Shown: positions 51,969 to 64,000, counted from the stretch's first letter. The stretch: 64,000 bases of DNA from Leucoraja erinacea (GCF_028641065.1 NC_073407.1:11346001-11410000); one strand, 5' to 3'. Numbers and translations: made by a program. The notes: generated by a model from the sequence alone, not told the origin.

Positions 51969-52858
51969 AGGCGCAGCGGTAGAATTGCTGCCTCATAGCA
52001 CCAGAGACCCGGGTTCCATCCTGACTATGGGTTGCTGTCTGTACGGAGTTTGTACGTTATGCCCGTGATCGCATGGGTTTTCTCCGGGTGCTCCGGTTTC
52101 CTCCCACACTCCAAAGATCTACAGGTTTGTAGGTAAACTGGCCTTGGTAAATTGTCCCTAGCGTGTAGGATAGAACTAGTGTATGGGTGATGGCTGGTCG
52201 GCGGGGAGTCAGTGGACTGAATTGCCTGCTTCCATGCTACATCTCTAAAACTTAAATTTCTGTAAATAAGGAGAGAATGTAGATTGACACAAAATGCTGG
52301 AGTAACTCAGCAGGTCAGGCAACATCTCTGGAGAAAAATAATAGATACGGTTTCGGTTTGGAACCCTTCTTCAGACTGAAAGTGGAGATCGGAGGAGGTG
52401 GGGTGGAATAAACTGGCTGTGAGAAAAGACCAGAAGGATAGACTATGTGGGATAAAGGAGGTGTGAAAGGTGACCAGAAGGTTAGGACACATGGGATCCA
52501 TGGTGTTTCTGTATAATTGGATCCAAAATTGGAACCAAAAGTAATTGAGGCAGTGAGTAGCGAGGTGCAGAGATACAGCGCAGAAACAGGCCCTTCACCC
52601 CACCGAGTCCACGCTGACCAGTGATCCCTGCATACTAACATTATTCTACACACACTGGGGACAATTTACTATTTTTACCAAGCCAGTTAACCCCACGTCT
52701 TTAGAGTGTGGGAGAAAACCGGAGCTCCCGGGGAAAACCCACGCAGGTCACAGGGAGAACGTGCAAACTCTGTACAGACAGCATCCGTAGTCAGGATCGA
52801 ACCCAGGACTCTGTCGCTGTAAGGCAGCAAATCTTCCACTGCACCACTGTGCCGCCCC
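51969..52858. mobile_element. Inverted HE1 SINE pair (51969-52250 +, 52570-52858 -) around a PLE fragment
   Basis: Consensus matches on opposite strands. Confidence 0.8.
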
Positions 52859-53625
52859 ATGGAGTTGTGGAGCCAGTTTCGATGGTAGTGTTAACCAGGG
52901 AGTTAGAGAGGGATCTAGGGGGAATAATCCACATGGCTGGTGGGGGAGTGAGCTGATGGTGGATTGTAGGATTTCATTTCCAGAGAACCAGTACACACGC
53001 AGAGGGCCAAATGGCCTCCTTCCCTGCTGTAACGATTCTGTGGGCTAAAATCTGTGATTACCGTTCTCCTTCTGTGGCCAACCCTGCAGTAATTAGTGCT
53101 GGCAAACTGACTACCAGCAGCCAGCCCAGCGTTATAACACGGCAGACGGGTCTCAACTCCCACAGACGTCTGGTGCCACAGTGGGTTTCACACTGAATCT
53201 GAGGCACAGCAGCGACTGCCATGCTGGCGAGAGTGCCGCAGGAAAATCAACCCACACGTCCGCTTCAAAAACACAACTCAATGACAAGGGAGAGGATTGG
53301 CCACAATGTCACACAACATGCAAACACCGGCACTCTTTATTTTCCTTACAAGGATTTGATTCAGTAATTGCAATTTACAGTGTACCAGAAGGTGCAAAGG
53401 CTTTCAATAGTCACATTACATTCGGCAATCATTACAACACAATAGTGACATCTTTATCTACAAATCACCCTCCCCGCAGCAACTAGTGGTCACGGAGGGT
53501 CTAGAGAGTCCCAGTGGACACCGCTTGATCCCTCTCCAGGGACACGCGAGCACGGACTTAGGCACGGAGGAGGGGTAGGCAGCCGACTCTGGTGTGAACA
53601 TCGACCGGCCGCTGCCTGGACCATC

Positions 53626-54067
53626 TTTTTTTGTGTTTTTTTTTTTTGTATTAATATTTATTCAATTATTAAAAAATAATATTTACACCACAATAAAACA
53701 AGCCAGAACCCACCACCATAAATACAATACAAACATATATCCATAATAAACTATTATACAATTATGATACAATCCTTATTGAGGATACATTCAACACCCT
53801 GCGGAGCCCAGCGGTCCCGGAACTCCCTCAGGGTGCCCACAGACAGGGCGTATTCCCTTTCTAATCCCACCCTGGCACGGACGTAACCCCGGAAAAGCGG
53901 CAGGCAGCTGGCCCGGGTAGAGCCCTCCGCCGCCTGGCGCTGTGACTCGCGGATGGCCAGCTTGGCCAGGCCCAGGAGCAACCCAACCAGGACATCTTCA
54001 GCCCTACCCTCTCCCCTACGCACAGGGTGTCCAAAGATGAGGATGGTGGGTGAAAAATGCAGCCAGA
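53626..54067 (-). mobile_element. 5'-truncated L1/Tx1-clade LINE with poly(A) and TSD
   Basis: Open C-terminus LWLHFSPTILIFGHP...LLLGLAKLAIRESQR...FRDRWAPQGVECIL...*, then AATAAA and an A-rich tail; TSD GCCTGGACCATC at 53614-53625 and 54068-54079. Clade call is from recalled motif resemblance. Confidence 0.75.
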
Positions 54068-54161
54068 GCCTGGACCATCTTGGACCATCAGGAGCAAACT
54101 GACAGGGAAACACCACCCTCCCCGATCGAACTTGGAGTAGCCCCTTCAGAACACTGGCACT

Positions 54162-54242
54162 CTGTGTGTGTGATTGAGCTGTGTGTGTGTGATGCAAGTG
54201 TGTGTGTGTGTGATGTAAGTGTGTGTGTGTGTGTGTGTGTGA

Positions 54243-54277
<35 letters not shown>

Positions 54278-54290
54278 GGGTGTGTGTGTG
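54162..54290. repeat. (TG)n compound microsatellite
   Basis: Read directly. Confidence 0.9.
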
Positions 54291-54292
54291 TT

Positions 54293-55021
54293 GGGCCTGT
54301 CCCACTTAGATGACATTTAAGGCGACTGCAGGAGACTATGCAGCCACATGTTCGGAGAGTGGTTGCCGGGGAGTCGCCTTCATGGCCGTGAGGAGTTCCC
54401 GCATTCTTGGAACTAGTCGCGGCCTCATTATGGTTGCCGAGAATTTTTCTACATGTTGAAAAATTAGCGGCGACTCGAATGAAGCTGCCGTGGAGAGTGG
54501 TGAGAATTCTCGAGCCGTAGGTGGGTCGCCAGGAGGTCAAAGGTTCTCAGAGGTTCTTGTTGGTTGCAGCCGGTGCTGACCAGTGAATTTCATTGGCTCA
54601 TTGGGGGAAAAAAACGTAAGCAGTCGTTTTCAGAACCAAGGATAACCGACCGTTAATGTTAAATGTCCGCCGAGCTTTACAGCCGTGTATTAAGGCTTCT
54701 TAAAAGTTGTCTCTCCACTCCTTCTCCCTCTTTCTCTCCCCCCCCCCCCCTCTTTTAATGGACTTACCGTACACTGTGCTAGCCGTCTTAACTACAGCGG
54801 CAACCTTCCTGTTCATTGCGGTGTGTGTCTGTATCACCTTGCACCGTGTGAATTTCAGACAGCGCTCCCCCCGCTTGCCCTGGTCCCTGCCTTTGCGATG
54901 TGTGTGTGTGTGTGTGTTCCACTCTGACAGTCGCCGTTCCAGTTGCTGGTTTTTCAGGCGACTGCCGGCAACTTGACAATCGCCGGCAGGCGCCTGAAAA
55001 ATCACCTAAGTGGGACAGGCC
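54293..55021. mobile_element. About 730 bp non-autonomous DNA transposon, same TIR family
   Basis: GGGCCTGTCCCACTTAG ... CTAAGTGGGACAGGCCC; right end abuts an assembly gap. Confidence 0.8.
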
Positions 55022-55562
55022 NNNNNNNNNNNNNNNNNNNNNNNNNNNNNNNNNNNNNNNNNNNNNNNNNNNNNNNNNNNNNNNNNNNNNNNNNNNNNNN
55101 NNNNNNNNNNNNNNNNNNNNNNNNNNNNNNNNNNNNNNNNNNNNNNNNNNNNNNNNNNNNNNNNNNNNNNNNNNNNNNNNNNNNNNNNNNNNNNNNNNNN
55201 NNNNNNNNNNNNNNNNNNNNNNNNNNNNNNNNNNNNNNNNNNNNNNNNNNNNNNNNNNNNNNNNNNNNNNNNNNNNNNNNNNNNNNNNNNNNNNNNNNNN
55301 NNNGTGTGTGTGTGATGGAGGCGTGTGCGNNNNNNNNNNNNNNNNNNNNNNNNNNNNNNNNNNNNNNNNNNNNNNNNNNNNNNNNNNNNNNNNNNNNNNN
55401 NNNNNNNNNNNNNNNNNNNNNNNNNNNNNNNNNNNNNNNNNNNNNNNNNNNNNNNNNNNNNNNNNNNNNNNNNNNNNNNNNNNNNNNNNNNNNNNNNNNN
55501 NNNNNNNNNNNNNNNNNNNNNNNNNNNNNNNNNNNNNNNNNNNNNNNNNNNNNNNNNNNNNN
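55022..55562. other. Assembly gaps (55022-55303 and 55330-55562)
   Basis: N characters separated by 26 called bases. Confidence 1.
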
Positions 55563-55647
55563 GGTGGGGGTGGGGGTGTCTAGGGTGGAGTGGACTGGGC
55601 TGGGATAACCAAGTGCTGTGCCTGGGATCTGTGTGTGGGGAGGGGCT

Positions 55648-55883
55648 CTGTGTTCCTGGGGAACGGTGAATGGCCCCAGCTCCCTCTCCTCCACTCTCCA
55701 CAGTGTTGGGCGAGGCGGTGTGTGACGGGTGGTCGGGAGCAGCCTTGTGGAGTTGTGAATGGGCCTGAGTTCAGTGTGGGGTTGGAGCCACGGTGAGGTC
55801 TGTGTCCCTGGGTAACGGTGAATGACCCCGTCTCTCTCTCTCTCCTCTCTCCACAGTGCTGGGCGAGGCGGTGTGTGACGGGT
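55648..55883 (+). repeat. Tandem duplication (about 153 bp period) of the MEGF9 exon acceptor region
   Basis: 55648-55730 closely matches 55800-55883, including the pyrimidine tract, CAG and the first 27 exon nt. Confidence 0.88.
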
Positions 55884-56120
55884 GCCTGCTGGGCTACTTT
55901 GGGACGCACTGCGATGAGTGTGCGGACGGCTACCACAACTCGGACAGCATCTGCGTGCGCTGCCACTGCAGCGGCAACAGTGACCCGCAGAGCAAACTGC
56001 CCATCTGCGACTCCGAATCGGGCCGCTGCCTCAGCTGCAGCGCCAACACCACCGGCTTCAACTGCGACCAGTGCGCCGAGGGTTACCGCGGCGACGCAGC
56101 GGCACACAACTGCAGCCTGG
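55857..56120 (+). CDS. MEGF9: MEGF9 internal coding exon (equivalent to human exon 5), laminin-type EGF repeats
   Basis: Long pyrimidine tract plus cag acceptor; donor GG|gtaag; 264 nt, phase 1 to 1. Translates (V)LGEAVCDGCLLGYFGTHCDECADGYHNSDSICVRCHCSGNSDPQSKLPICDSESGRCLSCSANTTGFNCDQCAEGYRGDAAAHNCSL. Confidence 0.95.
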
Positions 56121-56241
56121 GTAAGGATCCACACACCGCGGCTGCTGATCGGCACGTCTGCCCGCTAGAGCATTCACATCACGGTTACGGGGAGTAGTCA
56201 GGAGAATGGGAGGGAGAGATAGATCAGCCATGATCAACTGT

Positions 56242-56387
56242 ATGGGAAGGAACTACAGATGCTGGTTTATACCGAAGATAGACACAAAAAGGCCCGTCTG
56301 AAGAAGGGTCTCCACCCGAAACGTCACCCATTCCTTCTCTCCAGAGATGCTGCCTCTCCCGCTGAGTTACTCCAGCATTTTGTGTCT
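56242..56387. mobile_element. PLE-derived insertion inside a CR1 tail
   Basis: Imperfect 16 bp TSD AGCCATGAT(CA/TG)ACTGT at 56226-56241 and 56388-56403. Confidence 0.78.
56298..56325 (+). ncRNA. Minimal hammerhead motif about 180 nt downstream of the MEGF9 exon donor
   Basis: CTGAAGA-A-GGGT(CTCC)ACCC-GAAA-CG-TC, intact. Confidence 0.62.
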
Positions 56388-56564
56388 AGCCATGATTGAC
56401 TGTCGGAGTAGACTTGATGGGCCGAATGGATCCTATCACTTATGATCTTATGCACCCCCTGTACACGTGGCAATAAACTAAAATAAACTAAACCCTCACA
56501 CTCTGTCCACAAACGTCCTGTCCACTTGAAGCACATTCTAATAGCAGTCCAGCGTGCCTGAGAC

Positions 56565-56850
56565 GTTTAGTTTAGAGATACAGCATGGAAATAGGCCCTT
56601 CGGCCCACCGAGTCCCTCCGACCAGCGATCACCCATTCAGACTAGTTCCTGTTGTCCCACACACTCCCTCCACACTGAGGGGCGATTTACAGAGGGCCAA
56701 TTCATCGACAAACCCGCACGTGTTTTGTGATGTGGGAGGAAACCGGAGCACCAACAAACTCCACACAGACAGCACCCGAGGTCAGGATCGAACCCGGGTC
56801 TCTGGCGCTATGAGGCAGCAGCACTACCAGCCTTGCCACTGTGCCGCCCT
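56565..56850 (-). mobile_element. HE1-type V-SINE
   Basis: Reverse-complement consensus. Confidence 0.82.
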
Positions 56851-57069
56851 GCGTCTACGCTGGACTCTGGCACAAAGTTAGTGCCTCACCCTGACCCTGT
56901 CCCTAGCCACACATGCTGATAGATGCCGAGACACAAGAGACTGCAGGTGCTGGAATCCTGAGCAAAGTACAAGGTGCTGCTCCTGTGCTCCTGTAGGGCC
57001 TGTTTACATGTTGTATCCTCTGATCCAGCCCACAACGTACTGGCAGTGCCCTTTCACCCTACTCACAGC

Positions 57070-57382
57070 CATAGAATGATACAGCATGGAAACAGGCCCT
57101 ACAGCCCAACTTGCCCACAACGGCCAACATGTCCCAGCTACACTAGTCCCACGTGCAACATTTGGCCCATATCTCTCCAAACCTGTCCTATCCATATACC
57201 TCTCTAATTGTTTCTTAAACATTGGGATAGTCCCTGCCTCAACTACCTCCTCTCGCAGCTTGTTCCATACACCCATCACCCTTTGTGTGAAAGGGTAACC
57301 CCTCAGATTCCTATTGTCTTTTCCCGATCAACTTAACCCTATGTCCTTTGGTCCTCGATTCACACACTCTGGGCAAGAGACG
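57070..57382 (-). mobile_element. CR1 (HER1-like) LINE 3' end
   Basis: VWNKLREEVVEAGTIPMFKKQLERYMDRTGLE. Confidence 0.8.
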
Positions 57383-57596
57383 CGGCTCATTGAAACTGCC
57401 CACAGTCAGTGACCTCTGATGCTGCCCACACCGCACTGGCAGTGCCCTCCCCGACCCTACCCACAGTCCACTGGTGTAACCTATAACACTGCCCTTGTGG
57501 CCCCAGCACCCACACCACCCGCTCCCCACCTGCCTAGAGTGTGGCCCTGGGGAAAATCATGCCAGGAGCGGGAGGTGCATTGAAAACTCCTGAAGA

Positions 57597-57862
57597 TTAG
57601 TTTAGAGATACAGCACGGAAACAGGCCCATTGGACAATCGAACCATCGTACAACGCACTACCCTACAGGCTACGGACAGTTTACTGTTCTTCTTTTACTG
57701 AAGCCAATTAACTGACAAACCTGCACGTCTTTGTAGTGTGGGAGGAAATTGGAGCACCCGGAGAAAACGGCAGGGAGCCACAGTACAAACTCTGCACAGA
57801 CAGCACCCATAGTCAGGACTGAACCCTGGGACTCTGGCGCTGCTGTGTCACCGTGCTACCCA
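57597..57862 (-). mobile_element. HE1-type V-SINE (diverged)
   Basis: Reverse-complement consensus. Confidence 0.75.
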
Positions 57863-58411
57863 CAAGGTATTGAACAGAAGCGGTGAGGAACTGCTCTTCA
57901 CTGCAGCCCTGCCCCCCCCACCTCAACCCAACCCCAGCATACCATTGTTTACCACCAAACACTGGGCGCAGGCTGCATGCTGTGTGAACACGGCTGACAT
58001 TTGCTCAGGGCCATCGGGGAATACTTCAAAGATGCTGCAGCGAGCGGCTCTTCATGCCAGCAACTGTCCTGCCACTGTCTGGCACTTTGTGTTCAGTGGA
58101 ATAATCTCAGCGAGGTTAGTGTGGAGATCCCTGTTGTAGCAGTCCGCACAGCGCAGTCCTTGCTGGGGTGACTGTCAGGGTCAGCTCACCCAGTAATCAC
58201 CACCCATGTTATATCGTTCAATCCCTGCAACCCACATGCCATTACTTGTCAAATTGCACTAGTCCCCAGCCCACACTGATATATTCAAGAGACAGTTAGA
58301 TGTACCTTTTTGGGCTAACGGAATCAAGGGATATGGGTAGCAAGCAGGAACAGGGTACTGATTTTGGATGATCAGGGCTCGAAGGGCCGATTGGCCTATT
58401 TTCTATGTTTC

Positions 58412-58862
58412 TAACTGTTTCTTAAATGTTGGGACAGTCCTTGCCTCCTCTGGCAGCTTGTCCCATACACCCACCACCCTTTGTGTGAAAAAGGTCCCCT
58501 CGGATTCCTATTAAATCTTTTCCCCTTCACCTTGAACCTATGCCCTCTGGCCCTTGATTCACCTACTCTGGGCAAGAGTCTCTGTGCATCTACCTGATCT
58601 ACAGTACTTCTCGCATGATTTTATACATCTCGATAAGATAGCCCCTCATCCTCCTGCGCTCCAAGGAATAGAGTCCCAGCCTACGCAACCTCTCCCTATA
58701 GCTCAGACCCTCTAGTCCTGGCAACATCGTTGTAAATCGTCTCTGTAGCCTTTCCAGCTTGACAACACATTTTCTATAAGACGGTGCCCAGAACTGGACA
58801 CAATACTCTAAATGCGGCCTCACCAATGTCTGATACAACTGCAACATGACCTCCCAACTTCG
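58412..58862 (-). mobile_element. CR1 LINE RT C-terminal fragment
   Basis: LYQTLVRPHLEYCVQFWAPSYRK...LERLQRRFTTMLPGLEGLSYRERLRRLGLYSLERRRMRG. Confidence 0.88.
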
Positions 58863-59519
58863 ATGCTATAAGTCCAATGTTAGAGGGAGGTTGTGTACAG
58901 GAGAACTGAAGTGTAAGTACAAAGAGTAGTCGGTTTCAGAATGAATGAGTCGGTATCCAGTCGGTTTCAGTTGGCAGGAACAGTAACAACATTTAATGGG
59001 TATCAGGACAAGGATTGGAATGATCAGGGTACGGAGCGGTGTGGAATTAATACAGGCAAGTGGGATTAATATAGATAGGCATGATGGTCGGCATAGATGC
59101 TGTGGGACAAAGGGTCTGTTTCTATGATTCTTTCACTTTGGAGAGGCAGAGGAGATTAGTTTAAAATAGCATCATATTCGGCATGTACCCAACTGTTCTA
59201 TGTTCTATGTTGATTTCACCCTCTGTCACTACATGGTGAATACAGGAGGTCGGGAACCAGAACTCAGTCACAGTACTTCAATTTGTGTCATGGGCTTTCT
59301 CAGCATGATAAAGTACGACACTCTCACTGGTGTAGACTGTTCTGAGGGGAGTCGACAGAGTGACTAAATGACCACATTACAGTCGGGCGGGCAGAGTGCA
59401 GGTCACCAGCAAGGAGACAGCTATCACATCTGGCGTTGATTTGGAGAACCATCTCTCTGCAAAGGTATCTGTTGTTCAGATTAACTGCTGCACAGACTGG
59501 GGCAAAGTCATTCACAATT

Positions 59520-59813
59520 AGTTTAAAAATACAGCTCAGAAACAAGTCCTTCGGCCCCCGCCAACTAGCGATCCCCGCACACTAACACTGTCCTATGCAC
59601 ACTAGTAGGGACAATTCACAATTTTTTCCAAGCCAATTCGCCCGCAAACCTGTACGTCTTTGGAGTGTGGGAGGAAACCGGAGCACCCAGAGAAAACCCA
59701 CGCGATCATGGGGAGAACGTACAAACTCCGTAGAGACAGCGTCCATAGTCAGGATCGAACCTGGGTCTGTAACGCTGTGAGGCAGCAACTCTACCGCTGC
59801 GCCACTGTGCCGT
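59520..59813 (-). mobile_element. HE1-type V-SINE
   Basis: Reverse-complement consensus. Confidence 0.82.
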
Positions 59814-60351
59814 GTTGTATTATCAATGAACATGTTATATTTTAATCCAATTACTGTCCAGTAGTCTTTAACTGTGAGCTGACTATAAAGAATAATAGTC
59901 TCATTTAGAGGACATTGGCCGATTTCAAGTGGATGGTGGATTTAATTTTATGCTTTTAAAAGCCTGGTAAAGTCATGGCTCATCACAAATTCACTCCCGA
60001 TATCGCAAAATCAACACGGCCCCATCCATCCTTTGTGTTTCTGTTTCAAATGTCAGCACAAAGTATTTTTAATAGCTGCATGAAATTGCTAAATGATCGT
60101 CACTATAATGATGTGCTATTCACGGGACTGTATTTGTTATTTCTCTTGTGACCTTGGTGAAGTGAGATAATTTGGAGCGAGGCCTGGTTTAACTGGCCCT
60201 GCAGCTTTTATTGCACAATGAACAGCTAGTGAAGGAGCCTGCAGGTCCCAACCCTTCTGCAGCAAGAGTCACAGAGCGCATTGGCCAGATATTGCTTGCA
60301 GGTCCCTTAGGTAATTCGCATTTAATTCATGTTAGTGCTCACCTGCTTCAG

Positions 60352-60930
60352 AGGGCACAGTGCCGCAGTGGTAGAGTTACTGCCTTGCAGTGACAGAGAC
60401 CTGGGTTTAATCCTGACTACAGGTGCTGTCTGTGTGGAGTTTGTACGTTATCCCCGTGACTACATGGGTTTTCTTCGGGAGCTCTGGTTTCCTCCCACAT
60501 TCCAAAGACGTACAGATTTGTAGGCTGATTGGCTAGGTATAATTGTAAATTGTAAATTGTCCTGATAATGTTAGTGTGCGGGGATCGCTGGTCGGCGCGG
60601 ACTCAGTGGGCAGAAGCGCCTATTTCCTCGCTGTATCTCTAAACTAAAACTAAACTAAATGTGATGTTCACTTTATTTTTTGTTTAGAGATACAGGGCAG
60701 AAACAGGCCCTTCGGCCCATCGAGTCCTCGCCGACCAGCAATCCCCGTTACACTAGCACATGCTACACATTAGGGGCATTTACATTTTTACCGAAGCCAA
60801 TTAACCCACAAACCTGCACGTCTTTGGACTGTGGGAGGAAACCGGAGCACCCGGAGAAAACCCAGGCAGTCACGGGAAAGGGCACAAACTCCGTACGGAC
60901 AGCACCCGTATTCAGGATCGAACCCGGGTC
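60352..60930. mobile_element. Tail-to-tail inverted HE1 SINE pair (60352-60660 +, 60682-60930 -)
   Basis: Consensus matches on opposite strands, about 20 nt apart. Confidence 0.85.
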
Positions 60931-61223
60931 CGTGATTATATTGTATTGTTTCATAAACGTCCTGTTTTTAAATGTTCATCCATTATTCATAATGAATAGG
61001 CAATGCTGCTAACAGCCTGTGATCTGTGAGATAACAGGCTGTGTAGTTGATGTGATAGTGGTGAGGACTGACACAAATGCTTGGGCCCCTCAGGGCCACT
61101 GTAGCATTAGGATACAGGTAGGCATTTTATCATTGTTTAATAGTTTTATTTCAATCATTCGATCATGGCTGCTCTATCTCTCCCTCCTAACCCCATTCTC
61201 CTGCCTTCTCCGCAAGGCCCTGA

Positions 61224-61730
<507 letters not shown>

Positions 61731-62340
61731 AGCCAAGTTACGCGGGCCACGACAAGTGTGTAGGACCGGAGGGCGGACTGACTGCACCCCGTTGGTATAT
61801 TGCACCAGCCGCGCGCTCTGTGACATGAGAGCAGTGCAGAGATGGTGCGAGGCTTCACCGAGCTGAATGACGCCCCCACCCCACCCCCACCCCAGACGGA
61901 AGCCCGCAGCAAATGAATGGGGTCCTGCTTACACCATTCACTGGTGTAAAAACACCCCCAAAAATGAGTTTCTATTTTTGTACAAAGCTAAGATTCAATG
62001 ATGTCCAGGTTCAAGCCGTCTCCCAGTGCGGAGATGAGGGACCATTAATCAATGGACATCCCCTTCCCAGGACAGCAAGCAGGTCTCGGGCATTGCAATG
62101 CAACTGGAAAGACTTCAAATTCCTGTAAGGAAATAATTTTATAAAGACTATGACTGGAATGTACATTGAGGGCAAAGATTTCACAAGATGAGAAGCTCTT
62201 GTATTTTTTGTTTGTTTGTAAACTACAGACAGTTTCTAATGATTGCTGAGGGGAAAATGGCAATAATCGTGTTTACGGCCGATGTGCTTCCAGTATTGAA
62301 TGCATTGGGTCACGCAAGTGTGGTCCAGCCTCCTGCCCCA
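61731..62340 (+). other. MEGF9: Proximal MEGF9 3' UTR (end undefined)
   Basis: Repeat-free sequence after the stop, with U-rich tracts near 61970 and 62200. No canonical AATAAA seen, so the 3' end cannot be placed. Confidence 0.55.
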
Positions 62341-62452
62341 CTCACAGTGAACGTGGGAAGGAACTGCAGATGCTGGTTTGCACCGAAGATAGACACAAGG
62401 TGCTGGAGTAACGCAGCGGGTCAGGCAGCATCTCTGGAGGCAAAGGATGGGT

Positions 62453-62480
62453 GATGTTTCGGGCCGGGGCCCTTCATCAG
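62453..62480 (-). ncRNA. Hammerhead motif with canonical CUGAUGA core and covarying stem II (stem III degraded)
   Basis: Minus strand CTGATGA-A-GGGC(CCCG)GCCC-GAAA-CA-TC. Confidence 0.5.
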
Positions 62481-62881
62481 TGTCTTATCTCCGGGAGAGG
62501 AGGAGCTATTGCTGAATCCCAAGGCTAATGCTGAATGAATGGACGCTTTTAACAGGCTCACACCTGGTGAGGCCAGCTATCCAACTAACAGTAGATTCCT
62601 TAGCAAGAGCTAAGATCCAGGAATGCCGATTATAAACAGAAGCCTTAAAAAGTCCCCCTAACACGAGAGTTGTAAGCACAGATAGGGCCACAAAATACTT
62701 TGGTGCAATTGAATTTGCTGCAAAGAAACCTACAAGCTAGTCTCCTGAACAGTTTCTTTGAGTTAACATATGAAGAAGACCTTTCTCAAGCAGCAGCACA
62801 CTGTTCAAATACTCATGTCACATTCAGTCCCATTCCCTATCACTAGCCCCTGCGCCAGTCGTAAATCAAAGGTGGAACACG

Positions 62882-63014
62882 TGCAGGAAAGAACTGGAGA
62901 TGTTGGTTTAAAGCGAAGATAGACACAAAATGCTGGACTAACTCAGCGGGACAGGCAGCATCTCTGGAGAGAAGGAACGGGTGACGTTTTGGGGTCGAGG
63001 CCCTTCCTCAGACG
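62882..63014 (-). mobile_element. PLE-terminus-derived insertion with 13 bp TSD
   Basis: AAGGTGGAACACG at 62869-62881 and 63015-63027. Confidence 0.8.
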
Positions 63015-63659
63015 AAGGTGGAACACGGTCTGGGTGTGAGTATTCACGCTGCAGCCCGTTTCCTATCAGTCTGCCGGCACAAAATGAAGGGAGTATTCTC
63101 CCGACCGAGCCTCGGCGGGAAGAAGTGATGGAGCGGAGATGCTCTGTCCTGAGGTTGTGCACAAGGAGAATGTGGTCAAAGGCCCCGTGTGGGCAGCGCT
63201 AACCCACGGCCCTGCCCCTCTAAGACTATGTTGTAGGCCCCTCACTATCTGCACAGGTTCACGGGTACCCACAGCATTGAGGTGACTGTCGCGGCCAACA
63301 GAACGTTTAGCGATTCCAATTTCCCACCTTTCGTTTGGTGTTCCCTTGGGAACCGACACCTCCGGTTTGTTTGCTTCCTCCTCTCTGCTGAGGCCCGGAG
63401 GTCTGGCCACCTCTCACTGCTGACGTTGGAGCCCACGTTTTCCGTCGGATGCCCCGCGCACGTGAAGAGCGATAGGTCCCGTCAGTGGGTGAGCACGGAC
63501 CATTCACTGTGGTAACGATGTCATCGGTGGTCTTCTCAATGGCTGGCGTTGACATTGTCTGGTGGTTTCTGCCCATGCTCTTTAAAGATGCGTTCTCCCC
63601 AGAGCTGGTTTAGATCCGGTGGTTTTGGCCATGTCCACTTGTAATCCTTACACTGCAGA

Positions 63660-63905
63660 TATGGCCCAGCTGGTAGAGCCCCTGCCTCACAGCACCAGAG
63701 TCCCTGGGTTCAATCCTGACCTCTGGTTGTGTCCGTGTCATGTTTTCCATGTTCCCCGGTTTCCTCCTACCACCCAATGACATGTTGGCTAATTGACCTC
63801 AATAAGTTGCTCCTAATATGTAGGAAGTAGATATGAGAGTGGTATATCATAGAGCACGCGCAGTGGGTGACCGGTGGTTGGCGTGGTCTCGAAGGGTCTC
63901 TTTCC
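63660..63905 (+). mobile_element. Diverged HE1-type V-SINE
   Basis: A and B boxes, partial V-domain and tail. Confidence 0.65.
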
Positions 63906-64000
63906 TTGATGTTTCAATCAGTTCATTCAATGAATGTTTCCGTTGAGCTTTCAGAACCCACAGGGTGATCGCCAGGTGGTTTCCTGCCCCACACAACCTG

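Noticed and set aside
54900-55701. Several ORFs over 200 aa
   Set aside because: They are open only because they span N gaps.
55580-56155. 191 aa antisense ORF (and 61284-61826)
   Set aside because: Shadow frames of GC3-rich MEGF9 exons.
61731-64000. MEGF9 polyadenylation signal
   Set aside because: No AATAAA or ATTAAA noticed downstream of the stop, so no terminator is called.

Overview
Vertebrate genomic DNA, almost certainly a cartilaginous fish (shark, skate or ray), inferred from its dense HE1-type V-SINEs and HER1/CR1 LINEs. The + strand carries the last four coding exons of MEGF9: 10746-10885, 35155-35304, 55857-56120 and 61282-61730. They have canonical AG/GT boundaries and compatible phases, and encode 333 aa of laminin-type EGF repeats, an S/T-rich stalk, a TM helix and the conserved cytoplasmic tail. 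The 5' exons were not found and probably lie upstream. The introns are mostly mobile DNA: V-SINEs, CR1, Rex1/Babar, a Tx1/L1-like LINE, a Penelope-like element (PLE) with a GIY-YIG remnant, Harbinger-like MITEs and a non-autonomous Helitron. The most interesting signal is a family of short (about 130-200 nt) PLE-terminus-derived insertions. They carry a minimal type I hammerhead ribozyme motif (CUGAAGA-stem II-GAAACGUH), often form fold-back palindromes, and have 13-16 bp target-site duplications; intact sense copies lie just downstream of two MEGF9 exons. Other notable items are a duplicated exon acceptor that could form a poison exon, a candidate alternative terminal exon, and a repeated E-box/X-box composite motif. 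Repeat boundaries are approximate and all counts are by eye.
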